The notes under the pieces were generated by a model. It did no database searches. It saw only the letters and a program-made list of their open reading frames with translations, and was not told the DNA's origin. Below are positions 19,170-27,437 of a stretch of 64,000 nucleotides of DNA, piece by piece. A program made the position numbers and the translations under genes. The stretch's first letter is position 1, and each line of letters begins with the position of its first letter. This DNA comes from Actinomycetes bacterium (GTDB lineage Bacteria > Planctomycetota > Phycisphaerae > JAACET01): assembly GCA_030614915.1 (NCBI GenBank), contig JAUXAG010000011.1:26516-90515 (forward strand). Reading direction: 5' to 3'.

Positions 19170-20198
19170 ATGAAATGTAAGCGTATCTTTTCGATAATGC
19201 TGGCTCTGCTGATCTTCGGATTCCTGGCCGGCAATTCAGCCCACGCTACCACCTGGACCGTCACCCAACTGACCAACAACAGCTACGGCGACGAATATAC
19301 CCGGATCTACGGCTCCAACGTGGTCTGGTGGGGCTACGACGGCAGCGACAGAGAGATATTCCTCTACGACGCCAACACCACTATCACCACCCAAATCACC
19401 AACAACAGCTACGTCGACAAGGGTCCCCAGGTCTACGGCTCCAACGTGGTCTGGTTCAGCTACGACGGCTACGACAGCAGCACCAGAGAGATATTCCTCT
19501 ACGACGGCAACGGCACCACCCAACTGACCAACAACAGCTACAGCGACGAGTATCCCAAGATCTACGGCTCCAACGTGGTCTGGTACGGCTACGACGGCAG
19601 CGACAACGAGATCTTCCTCTACGACGGCAGCGGCACTACTCAACTGACCAACGACAGCTACGACGACTACAATCCCCAGATCTACGGCTCCAACGTGGTC
19701 TGGTACGGCTCCGACGGCAACGACTATGAGATATTCCTCTACGACGGCAATACCACGGTCACCACCCAAATCACCGACAACAGCTACAGCGACGAGTATC
19801 CCAAGATCTACGGCTCCAACGTGGTCTGGTACGGCTACGACGGCAGCGATTATGAGATCTTCCTCTACGACACCAACACCACGCTCACCACCCAACTGAC
19901 CAACGACAGCTACGACGACTACAATCCCCAGATCTACGGCTCCAACGTGGTCTGGCGGGGCTCCGACGGCAGCGACTATGAAATCTTCTTCTACGACGGC
20001 AACACCACCACCCAACTGACCAACAACAGCTACTACGACAGTTCTCCCCAGATCTACGGCTCCAACGTGGTCTGGTACGGCAACGGCCCTGACGGCAGCG
20101 ACTCTGAGATCTTCCTGGCAACCCCCGAACCCGCCACCCTGGCCCTGCTGCTTCTGGGCGGCTTGCTCCTGCTGGATCGCAGGCACAGATCGGCCTGA
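19170..20198 (+). CDS. PEP-CTERM-anchored PD40 (TolB-like WD40-like) beta-propeller repeat protein, 8 repeats
   Basis: Signal peptide; 8 x 40-aa repeats (TQLTNNSY.DEYP.IYGSNVVWYGYDGSD.EIFLYDGN) resembling PD40. C-terminal PEPATLALLLLGGLLLL-DRRHR exosortase sorting signal. ATG at 19170 with purine-rich SD preferred over the ORF-track start 19110. Confidence 0.75.
   Translation: MKCKRIFSIMLALLIFGFLAGNSAHATTWTVTQLTNNSYGDEYTRIYGSNVVWWGYDGSDREIFLYDANTTITTQITNNSYVDKGPQVYGSNVVWFSYDGYDSSTREIFLYDGNGTTQLTNNSYSDEYPKIYGSNVVWYGYDGSDNEIFLYDGSGTTQLTNDSYDDYNPQIYGSNVVWYGSDGNDYEIFLYDGNTTVTTQITDNSYSDEYPKIYGSNVVWYGYDGSDYEIFLYDTNTTLTTQLTNDSYDDYNPQIYGSNVVWRGSDGSDYEIFFYDGNTTTQLTNNSYYDSSPQIYGSNVVWYGNGPDGSDSEIFLATPEPATLALLLLGGLLLLDRRHRSA
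19260..20110 (+). repeat. Eight tandem ~120-bp coding repeats with near-identical DNA cores
   Basis: tctacggctccaacgtggtctggtacggctacgacggcagcgac recurs at 120-bp spacing. Confidence 0.8.
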
Positions 20199-20214
20199 AC
20201 TGCCTAAAAAACAT

Positions 20215-20420
20215 TGCTATAATTCTTTTCTTTCTGCGCAATCTGCGAAGCTTGTACCTGCGGAGGCAGGTATCAGCGTCTAATAATCTTTCCGTATCTT
20301 TCTTCCCCTCTTCCTCTGTGCCTCTGAGCCTTTTCTTATCAGCGTTCATCTGTGAAATCTGTGGCTAATTCCTGTTTTCCTTCTTTGAATCAGCGTCTAA
20401 TAATCTGAATTTGCATAATC
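20215..20420. repeat. Intergenic mosaic repeats (F-type ctgcgcaatctgcgaa, D-type ctctgtgcctctgagcc, F-type tctgtggctaattcctg / cagcgtctaataatctg)
   Basis: Seen directly; paralogous to 18718-18780 and 5228-5290. Confidence 0.5.
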
Positions 20421-20540
20421 CACCCCGGATAGCCTGGGAATTCCCCACCATCAGGGCAAAAAAATGGCTTTTTATGGGCTGGTCCCATAAAAAACGTCAA
20501 GTCATTACTGGGATAATGACGATTTCTATATCAATCAGAT

Positions 20541-21815
20541 ATGCGAACCATAGCCATAATCAACCAGAAGGGTGGTTGCGGCAAGACCACCATCAGCATC
20601 AACCTCGCAGCCACGTTGGCCGAGACCGGCCGGAAAGTCCTTCTGGCCGATATGGACCCCCAAGGCCATTGCGCCCTCGGACTGGCCGTGCCTGGCGGGC
20701 AGATCGAACGCAGCATTTATGATGTCCTCTGTGAGCCCGACCAGCAGGATTTGGCCAGGAGCTTGCGACAGGTTACCTGGCAGATTGCCACAAACTTCGA
20801 CTTGGCACCTTCGACCATTAGCCTGGCCGCCTTTGAGCAGAGATTCGCCGCAACCCCAGGACGTGAGGATCGTCTGCGGCGGGTCCTTTTGGCCGCTGCC
20901 GACCAGTATGACCTGACCATTATTGATTGCCCACCGAGCGTTGGACTCTTGACCTTTAATGCCCTCCGCAGTGCAGATGAGGTCCTCGTGCCCGTGGAGA
21001 CCGGATACTTTTGCCTCCAGAGCCTCGGCCAGCAGCTCGAGACTCTCGAAGTATTACGCAAAAAATGCGGACAGGGCTTTCGGGTCCGTGTGGTCCCCAG
21101 TTTGTATGACGTGCGGACCAGGTTGGGCAGGGAGGTCTTGGCTCACCTGCAGGCCAGGTATGACCGCATACTGGCCAAGGCCTGCATAAACTTCAACACC
21201 AAGCTTAAGGAGGCCGCCAGCCTCGGTCAGCCGATCACCGAGTACGATACCGCCAGTATCGGCTACCGAGATTTCCGGACCCTGGCTGAAGAACTTCTTT
21301 CCGGCCGTCCGGCCGAGCTCTCGGTCGATGCACTCGAAAAACCGTCCGCTGCTAACGATACAATAACCGAACATGCCCCCTTCAGCACCGCCGAGCAAGT
21401 CCTGGCCCAGGCCCAGCGGATCGACAAAAACGCCCAAGACCTCCTCCAACGCGCCGACAAAATGATGCCCGGAGGATTAAACGCTCCAGCCAAGAAGGAC
21501 AAACCGCAGACCACCGAGCAACGCTTGGCCAAGTTCTATGGAGTTAGCCAGACCGAACAGGGAATCATCTTTCGAGCCCACTATCCGCATGCAGAGCAGG
21601 TCTGCTTGGCCGGCGACTTCAACGGCTGGAACCCCGCTCAAACGCCGATGGCCCGTCACCAGCACGACAATGTCTGGCAGGTGGTTTTACCGCTGATGTC
21701 CGGCTGTTACCGTTACCGACTAGTGGTCGACAATCGTTGGCAGCGAGACCCCTTCAATGACCGGGTCGAAGCCAATCCCTTTGGTGAGCTCAACTCGGTC
21801 GTCGAGGTAAAGTAA
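20541..21815 (+). CDS. ParA/MinD-family ATPase fused to a C-terminal AMPK-beta-like glycogen-binding domain (CBM48)
   Basis: Deviant Walker A (INQKGGCGKTT), DMDPQGH and IIDCPPS motifs. The C-terminus (IFRAHYPHAEQVCLAGDFNGWNP....HQHDNVWQVVLPL..GCYRYRLVVDNRWQRDPFN) aligns with the AMPK beta GBD consensus (VFRW..G.KEVYLSGSFNNW......R..NNF..IL.LP.G.H.YKF.VDG.W..DP). Confidence 0.8.
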   Translation: MRTIAIINQKGGCGKTTISINLAATLAETGRKVLLADMDPQGHCALGLAVPGGQIERSIYDVLCEPDQQDLARSLRQVTWQIATNFDLAPSTISLAAFEQRFAATPGREDRLRRVLLAAADQYDLTIIDCPPSVGLLTFNALRSADEVLVPVETGYFCLQSLGQQLETLEVLRKKCGQGFRVRVVPSLYDVRTRLGREVLAHLQARYDRILAKACINFNTKLKEAASLGQPITEYDTASIGYRDFRTLAEELLSGRPAELSVDALEKPSAANDTITEHAPFSTAEQVLAQAQRIDKNAQDLLQRADKMMPGGLNAPAKKDKPQTTEQRLAKFYGVSQTEQGIIFRAHYPHAEQVCLAGDFNGWNPAQTPMARHQHDNVWQVVLPLMSGCYRYRLVVDNRWQRDPFNDRVEANPFGELNSVVEVK

Positions 21816-21908
21816 GCAGGATATATACCGCTGGGCAAGGGGGACCGTTTTTTTTGGGGCTAGAGGCGGCCTCCGTTTTGTAGCAGTCTTCTACGAGGCC
21901 ATTATGCC

Positions 21909-22574
21909 ATGCAGGATGAGCTGAGCCGGATTGCTCATCTGTTCCTTTCCAGTGCGGACTCGCCTGCCGGGCAGATTACGGTTCGGGCCCTCTTGGCTGA
22001 ACACTTGCCCGATCCCCCTGCGGCAAGCAAACGCATAGCCGCCCACTTCGCCCGCCAGCTCGGCAGCGCAGCTCTGCTGCAGTTCGACAACGGCGGGGCA
22101 CTCCTGCGTTTGTTTAGTACCGCTCAGATTGGCCCCAAACGCCGTTCGTCCCGTAGCCGTGCTGCCCATGTAAACGACTTCTCCCGGGCCGTGGCTGATT
22201 TACCCAAACGCACCAGTCTGCTCCTGGTGGACTTGGACCTTAATAGTGAGTTGTTAGCTCAATGCCCCCAAATTTCCGTAGTAACCTGCCCGGAATCAAA
22301 AATAGTCGTGGATGTTTATAGTCAACTCAAACGGCTGGCCCCCAGCTCGCCCCAAGCCCTGGGCCTGACCATGATCGATTGTCTAAGTGTTGTTCAGGGA
22401 CAGCGCCTGGCCGAGAGGCTTTGCCAGGCAGCCAAGGAATTCCTGGGATTGATCTTGCGACTGGACGCCGTGATCCTGCGCAGCTCGCGATTGCATCAGA
22501 GCACACTCGCCCGGGCAGCTTCAATGGACCAATGCACACTCACCCGGAGCATCGATTCACTTCGCTCAACTTGA
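21909..22574 (+). CDS. Degenerate ParA/MinD-fold protein lacking Walker A lysines (pseudo-ATPase paralogue)
   Basis: LFLSSADSPAGQITVRALLA aligns to IAITNQKGGVGKTTTSVNLA with the lysines replaced. LLLVDLD...ISVVTCPESKIVVDVYSQLKRL matches the ParA Walker B / cargo region. LGLTMIDC matches GVLLTMLDA. Confidence 0.55.
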   Translation: MQDELSRIAHLFLSSADSPAGQITVRALLAEHLPDPPAASKRIAAHFARQLGSAALLQFDNGGALLRLFSTAQIGPKRRSSRSRAAHVNDFSRAVADLPKRTSLLLVDLDLNSELLAQCPQISVVTCPESKIVVDVYSQLKRLAPSSPQALGLTMIDCLSVVQGQRLAERLCQAAKEFLGLILRLDAVILRSSRLHQSTLARAASMDQCTLTRSIDSLRST

Positions 22575-22656
22575 GATGAATCAGGGGCTATCCTGGCCTT
22601 TTGCATGCCAGCAGCGGTCAACGCTTACGATTTCTCGAAGCCCTTGACGCCTTGGA

Positions 22657-22770
22657 CTACGTCTGTCTGCGGCGATACCAGTAGTAGGCCACCAGGATAA
22701 CGACGATGCAGAGGACCAGAACCGTTTGCCACGGGCTCCAAGCCAAAAGACTCCCATTCAAATCAAACAT
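22657..22770 (-). CDS. Small (37 aa) single-TM hydrophobic peptide with canonical Shine-Dalgarno
   Basis: Minus-strand AGGAGG sits 6 nt upstream of ATG (22770). Translation MFDLNGSLLAWSPWQTVLVLCIVVILVAYYWYRRRQT* ends at TAG. Below the 60-aa cut-off of the ORF track. Confidence 0.4.
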   Translation of the reverse strand: MFDLNGSLLAWSPWQTVLVLCIVVILVAYYWYRRRQT

Positions 22771-22899
22771 CAGTGACCTCCTAATCACGATAGTCCAATC
22801 CACGTTTCCAACTCAATATCCAAATATCCTAACCTCCGCCGGGACCGCAAGTCAAGCCCAATTTACCAAAAGATATCAGCCGCAATCTAGTATTTTTGG

Positions 22900-23115
22900 C
22901 TAGAACAATCTGGCGCATCGCGGCAGTTCGCCGACCAGGGGCCTGACGTAGTCAACAAAGGCCTCTTTGATTACTCCAGGCCTGTCGCAGTACTCAGCCG
23001 GCATGGTCTTGGTCTTGCCAGCCACCGAAGACAAGGGCGTCAAAAAGGTTTCCATTTTGTATTTAGCGCCACTCCCGCTCAGCCGGCGAATGGCACCGAG
23101 CCGTCCATTGCCCAA
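22900..23115 (-). pseudogene. Probable frameshifted 3' portion of the phosphofructokinase gene (C-terminal extension in a different frame)
   Basis: The ORF overlaps the pfk stop by 37 nt in another frame. It encodes ...RLSGSGAKYKMETFLTPLSSVAGKTKTMPAEYCDRPGVIKEAFVDYVRPLVGE, which resembles C-terminal extensions of long PPi-PFKs (from memory). Confidence 0.35.
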
Positions 23116-24098
23116 TCCGTTGCGTAACGCACTGCCTCCTGTCCCACCGTGTACGCCTCCTGGGCATCAATCTGAGAAACCACCGTCGGAAAGCAGCGCT
23201 GAAGGTAGCCGAAGGTATCCCCGCGCATACGTTTAATCTCTGGCTTAGCCCGGCGAAGTTCAGAGATTAGCAAGTCCGCCAGCAGCCCCGTCCCCGAGAG
23301 CGTTACATTCCCGTGGGCGTCCTCTTCCATCACCGCTTGGGCCTTCTTGGCCCAGAGTTCTCCCTCTCCGTCGGCAATGCCCTCGGAAACAGCCACTAGG
23401 CAGCGACCCTGAGCCTTGTAGACCCGCTCCACGTCTTCGATGAACTGCGACATCTCCATAGCTACTTCCGGCACATAAATCAGATGCGGGCCGTCGTCCG
23501 CTTCTTGACGAGCCAGCACCCCCGCCGCGGTCAGCCAACCGGTGTGCCGACCCATGATTACATCAATCTTCACGCCTGGTATCGCTGTGTTATCCAGATT
23601 ATCTCCCATCAGGGCCAAGGCCACGAACTTCGCCGCCGAGCCGTATCCCGGGCAATGGTCCGTAACCGGCAGATCGTTGTCGATGGTTTTGGGTATGTGG
23701 ATCGCCCGTAGGTCGTAGCCCACCTTTTCCGACAAGTTGTTGAGAATGTAGGCCGTCGAGGCCGAATCGTTGCCCCCGATGTAAAAGAAATAGTGAATCT
23801 CATTCCTGCGGAAGACCTCGAATATTTCCTTACAGTATTCCTCGTCGGGTTTGTCGCGAGTGCTGCCCAGGGCCGACGAAGGCGTATTGGCCACGGCTTC
23901 CAGCTGCTCCGCCCGAAGGTCTTGCAGCTCAATGAAGTTCTCTTCCTTCATGCCCCGCACCCCGTTCCGGGCCCCGTAGATCTTGCCTATCTCGTCTCGT
24001 TCCTGCCCAGCCTTGACGACGCCTACCAGAGATTGGTTGATTACCACGGTAGGCCCACCCGACTGGCCGACCACGGCATTTCCCTTTATCTTGGCCAT
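23079..24098 (-). CDS. pfk: 6-phosphofructokinase (PFK-A family; possibly PPi-dependent), apparently truncated/frameshifted at the 3' end
   Basis: GQSGGPTVVIN N-terminal nucleotide-binding motif; PKTIDNDL and MGRHTGW catalytic motifs. Confidence 0.85.
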   Translation of the reverse strand: MAKIKGNAVVGQSGGPTVVINQSLVGVVKAGQERDEIGKIYGARNGVRGMKEENFIELQDLRAEQLEAVANTPSSALGSTRDKPDEEYCKEIFEVFRRNEIHYFFYIGGNDSASTAYILNNLSEKVGYDLRAIHIPKTIDNDLPVTDHCPGYGSAAKFVALALMGDNLDNTAIPGVKIDVIMGRHTGWLTAAGVLARQEADDGPHLIYVPEVAMEMSQFIEDVERVYKAQGRCLVAVSEGIADGEGELWAKKAQAVMEEDAHGNVTLSGTGLLADLLISELRRAKPEIKRMRGDTFGYLQRCFPTVVSQIDAQEAYTVGQEAVRYATDWAMDGSVPFAG

Positions 24099-24113
24099 TC
24101 TTTCAACTCCGCT

Positions 24114-25448
24114 CTAAAAACTCCGCTCGATAAATTCAGTGTCCACTTTACCTCTAATGAAATCCCGGTGACGGAATATCTGCTTGAGCAGAGGGATCGT
24201 GGTTTTGACCGGCTCGATATGAAACTCATCCAGGGCCCGACGCATACAGGCGATAGCCTCGCTGCGGCTGGGCTGATGGACGATAACCTTGCCGATGCAG
24301 GAATCGTAATACGGGGAAATACGATATCCGCAGTACACGTGAGAGTCAAATCTCACGCCCGGCCCACCCGGCGACCGAAATTCCTCGATGGTCCCGGCAC
24401 AGGGCCTGAAATCATTGGCCGGGTCTTCGGCGTTTATCCGGCATTCCACAGCCACCCCCCGAGGTTTAATATTGCTTTGTTTTAGAGTAAGCGGCTCGCC
24501 CGAGGCAATCCGAATCTGCCACTTGAGAAGATCAACGCCGGTGGCCAGTTCGGTTACCGGATGCTCCACCTGTATTCGGGTATTCACTTCCAGAAAAGAG
24601 AACGAACCTTTTTGATCCACCAGAAATTCTACCGTGGCCGCGCTGAAGTATTTCGCTTTCTTCATCAGCCGCACCGCTGCTTTACAGAGTTTCTTTCGGG
24701 TGTCATCCGAAATAGCCGGTGAAGGTGTTTCTTCCACCAGTTTTTGATACCTTCTTTGTAGAGAGCAGTCACGTTCGCCAAGGTGTATGACATTGCCCTG
24801 CATATCTGCCAGGATTTGGACCTCCACGTGCCGGGCCCGCTCGATAAGCTTCTCGATAAACAGATCCGAATTATTGAAGGCCGCTTGGGCCTCGGCCCGG
24901 GCAGCGTTTAGACCGGCCTGCAGCGAAATCTCGTTGTGAGCCTGACGCATCCCTCTGCCCCCCCCTCCCCCGGAGGCCTTGATCATCACCGGATAGCCGA
25001 TTTGCCGGGCAATCTTGACCGCCTCTTTGTCGCTCACCGCTGAGTCCGAGCCCTGCTTAACCGCAACTTCAGCGGCCTTGGCTAGTTTGCGGGCCTCCAC
25101 CTTATCCCCCAGAAGATTCATGCTCTGGGCCGAGGGACCGATGAACTCTATCTTGCACGACCGGCAAATCTCCGCGAAGTGGGCGTTCTCCGCCAGAAAC
25201 CCGTAACCCGGATGGATAGCCTGCACGTCGGCAATCTCTGCCGCCGAAATGATCCGCGGGATGTTCAAATAGCTTTCCGTGGCCGGGCCCGGACCTATGC
25301 AGATGGCATCGTCCGCCATTTCTAGGTATGCCGCATCCGCGTCCTCCTGGGAATAAACCACCACCGTCTGAACCCCAAGCTCCCGGCAGGCACGCATGAT
25401 CCGCAGTGCTATTTCTCCCCGGTTGGCTACCAAAATTCTCGAGAACAT
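24114..25448 (-). CDS. accC: Acetyl-CoA carboxylase biotin carboxylase subunit
   Basis: [15 protein letters not shown]-terminus; ATP-grasp motifs; 444 aa; adjacent to accB. Confidence 0.95.
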   Translation of the reverse strand: MFSRILVANRGEIALRIMRACRELGVQTVVVYSQEDADAAYLEMADDAICIGPGPATESYLNIPRIISAAEIADVQAIHPGYGFLAENAHFAEICRSCKIEFIGPSAQSMNLLGDKVEARKLAKAAEVAVKQGSDSAVSDKEAVKIARQIGYPVMIKASGGGGGRGMRQAHNEISLQAGLNAARAEAQAAFNNSDLFIEKLIERARHVEVQILADMQGNVIHLGERDCSLQRRYQKLVEETPSPAISDDTRKKLCKAAVRLMKKAKYFSAATVEFLVDQKGSFSFLEVNTRIQVEHPVTELATGVDLLKWQIRIASGEPLTLKQSNIKPRGVAVECRINAEDPANDFRPCAGTIEEFRSPGGPGVRFDSHVYCGYRISPYYDSCIGKVIVHQPSRSEAIACMRRALDEFHIEPVKTTIPLLKQIFRHRDFIRGKVDTEFIERSF

Positions 25449-25454
25449 CTACCT

Positions 25455-25635
25455 CGTTCCTCATTTATATTTAGCCCCCGGGTTCCGACCACAGGTCCCT
25501 ACGGGAAGGACGCTACGCGTTACCGGGGGTCTCTTTGTTTAGCCCCCAGGTTTATCCTGGGGGTTGCTTTTCTTACTTTGTGCCTCTGTGCCTTTCTTGT
25601 TCTTCCTCCCTCAAGCCTCAGGCCTTTCTTCTGTT
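25455..25635. repeat. Intergenic mosaic: family C (CCGACCACAGGTCCCTACGGGAAGGACGCTACGCGT) + family B palindrome + D-type TGTGCCTC + E-type CCTCAAGCCTCAGGCC
   Basis: Seen directly; the same module order is partly reproduced at 36960-37260. Confidence 0.65.
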
Positions 25636-25638
25636 TAG

Positions 25639-26106
25639 CTAAGCAGGACGCACCTGGAATATCGGCTGACCGAACTCCACCGCCTCACCGTTGCTGACCA
25701 ATACTCTCTCGACGGTGCCGGACAGGCCGGCCTTGATCTCGTTCATCACTTTCATAGCCTCGATGATGCAGACCACGGTATCTGCTGTAACCGTATCGCC
25801 AGCCTGCACAAAGGGCTCGCTTTCCGGATTCGCGGCCTGGTAAAACGTGCCCACCATGGGCGAGACGATACTCTTAAGTTCTTCCCCCACCGCTGATGCC
25901 TGTGTCTGTTCTGTGGGGCTGTTTCCCTTAGTCGGCTGGACTGCTGCCAGGCTCACCGGTTGGACCTGACCGAGAGTCACCGCCGGAACCCCTTCGCCGG
26001 GACCACGCTTCAGGGATACCCGGCAATCTCCGTCGCGTATCTCCAGTTCACGCAGGTCGTTTTTCACCATCAGGTCTATGAGTTTTTTTATCTCTTTTAC
26101 ATCCAT
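25639..26106 (-). CDS. accB: Acetyl-CoA carboxylase biotin carboxyl carrier protein
   Basis: EAMKVMNEI biotinyl-lysine motif, 155 aa. Confidence 0.9.
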   Translation of the reverse strand: MDVKEIKKLIDLMVKNDLRELEIRDGDCRVSLKRGPGEGVPAVTLGQVQPVSLAAVQPTKGNSPTEQTQASAVGEELKSIVSPMVGTFYQAANPESEPFVQAGDTVTADTVVCIIEAMKVMNEIKAGLSGTVERVLVSNGEAVEFGQPIFQVRPA

Positions 26107-26107
26107 G

Positions 26108-27259
26108 TTATATCCTTTTTTTTACCCGCCCTTCTCGGGAGCATTTTGTCTTCCGCGTCGCCCAGGCTGGATCGTCCGGCAGATCGCTGAGAAGGCGGCA
26201 TCCTTTGCTGCTGACCAGCACGTCGTTCTCGATCCGAATGCCACCGCGCCCCGGCAGATAGATACCCGGCTCAACAGTAAAGACCATCCCCTCTTCGAGT
26301 ATATCACGGCTCCTTGGGCCGATTACAGGTCCTTCATGTACCTCTTTGCCGATTCCGTGGCCCAGCCCGTGCCCGAAATACTTACCATATCCGCCCTGCC
26401 GGATGACCGTACGTGCTGCCGCATCCACTTTTCTTGCGGCCACGCCGGGTTTGATCCTCGCCAGAGCAGCGTCAGCGGCCTGGCGGACACTGACATAGGC
26501 CCTCTGCAAAGAGGGGCAAATGTTATCTAGGAATATCACTCGTGTCAAGTCGCTCTTGTATCCGTCGACATTAGCACCCCAGTCGAACAGAATCGGCTTA
26601 CCCGGCTTGATTCGGCCGGAGCCCGCTTGGACATGGGGCATGGAAGTCCTTGTCCCGCAAGCAACTATGGTGGGAAAGGCCGGCTGAGAAGACCCGCGGA
26701 TCTTCATCTCCAGCTCCAGCCTCGCGGCCACTGCCAGCTCGCTCATCCCCGCTTTGAGCTGGCGCAGCACCGCCAGAAAAGAGTCCTGGGCTACCCTGAT
26801 TGACCGGCGGATGGCGGACAATTCGCGCCCATCCTTGCACATCCTGGCCCGCCGGATAAGCCCCTTCGCCCCCACCAATCGTCTGGCTCCCAGGGCCCGC
26901 CGAAGCTGTTTATACCCCTCCACGCTGATAGCTGCTGGCTCAAAGCCGATTCGCCCCAGCCGGCCCGCACGGGCCTGCTTGGCTATAGCAGTAGTTATCG
27001 GACCTTTCCTCTCGAAAACCCGCAGCCCCGGGCACTCCCGCATGGCCTGCTCGCTATAGCGTGAATCGCTGATCAGAACCGCACTGCGACGAGTAACCAG
27101 CAAGTAGCTATCGTCGCCGCTGAAGTCGCTCAGATAGCTCACATCCGCGCCGGACGTGGCCAAAAAGCCCTCCAGTTGCCTCGCTCGCATCGCCAAACGC
27201 AGCCGCTCCAGGCGGCTCTTAATGTGACCAGGCGAGCTTTTCGATGATTTAGCAGCCAT
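26108..27259 (-). CDS. pepP: M24-family Xaa-Pro aminopeptidase (creatinase_N + M24 domains)
   Basis: HGLGHGIG and other M24 metal-ligand motifs. Start chosen at MAAKSSK (ATG 27259); the ORF-track 5' extension is likely non-coding. Confidence 0.8.
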   Translation of the reverse strand: MAAKSSKSSPGHIKSRLERLRLAMRARQLEGFLATSGADVSYLSDFSGDDSYLLVTRRSAVLISDSRYSEQAMRECPGLRVFERKGPITTAIAKQARAGRLGRIGFEPAAISVEGYKQLRRALGARRLVGAKGLIRRARMCKDGRELSAIRRSIRVAQDSFLAVLRQLKAGMSELAVAARLELEMKIRGSSQPAFPTIVACGTRTSMPHVQAGSGRIKPGKPILFDWGANVDGYKSDLTRVIFLDNICPSLQRAYVSVRQAADAALARIKPGVAARKVDAAARTVIRQGGYGKYFGHGLGHGIGKEVHEGPVIGPRSRDILEEGMVFTVEPGIYLPGRGGIRIENDVLVSSKGCRLLSDLPDDPAWATRKTKCSREGRVKKRI

Positions 27260-27350
27260 AAACGCACACTCCGGCCGGAACTTTTGCCCCGACCTAATTT
27301 TACCTGCCCCACAGCCGCAGCTCAACTGTTCATTCTCTGTCCAAATAATC

Positions 27351-27379
27351 TTGAAAAAATGGTTTTCTGCTAGTATGAT
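27351..27379 (+). promoter_or_regulatory. Sigma70-like promoter (TTGAAA-17 nt-TATGAT) upstream of the giant protein gene
   Basis: ttgaaa at 27351-27356 and tatgat at 27374-27379 with 17-nt spacer. About 59 nt upstream of ATG 27438, which has a GAGGT SD. Confidence 0.35.
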
Positions 27380-27437
27380 AACAGTTGCCACTTTCTTGCC
27401 GGGCTTTCTCCCGTATGGGCCTTATGCGAGGTTGCAG

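Noticed and set aside
19328-19729. 133-aa ORF rich in RRQRQRD repeats
   Set aside because: It is a different reading frame of the 120-bp PD40 coding repeats, so periodicity without coding meaning.
22706-22903. 65-aa plus-strand ORF in the pfk-downstream intergenic region
   Set aside because: No SD and odd composition. The region is better explained by the minus-strand 37-aa peptide gene and the frameshifted pfk 3' part.
27351-27437. Upstream TTG-initiated extension of the giant ORF (MKKWFSASMITVATFLPGFLPYGPYARLQ)
   Set aside because: The TTG coincides with the -35 hexamer of a well-spaced sigma70-like promoter. ATG 27438 has a GAGGT SD and starts directly with the zinc-ribbon motif.
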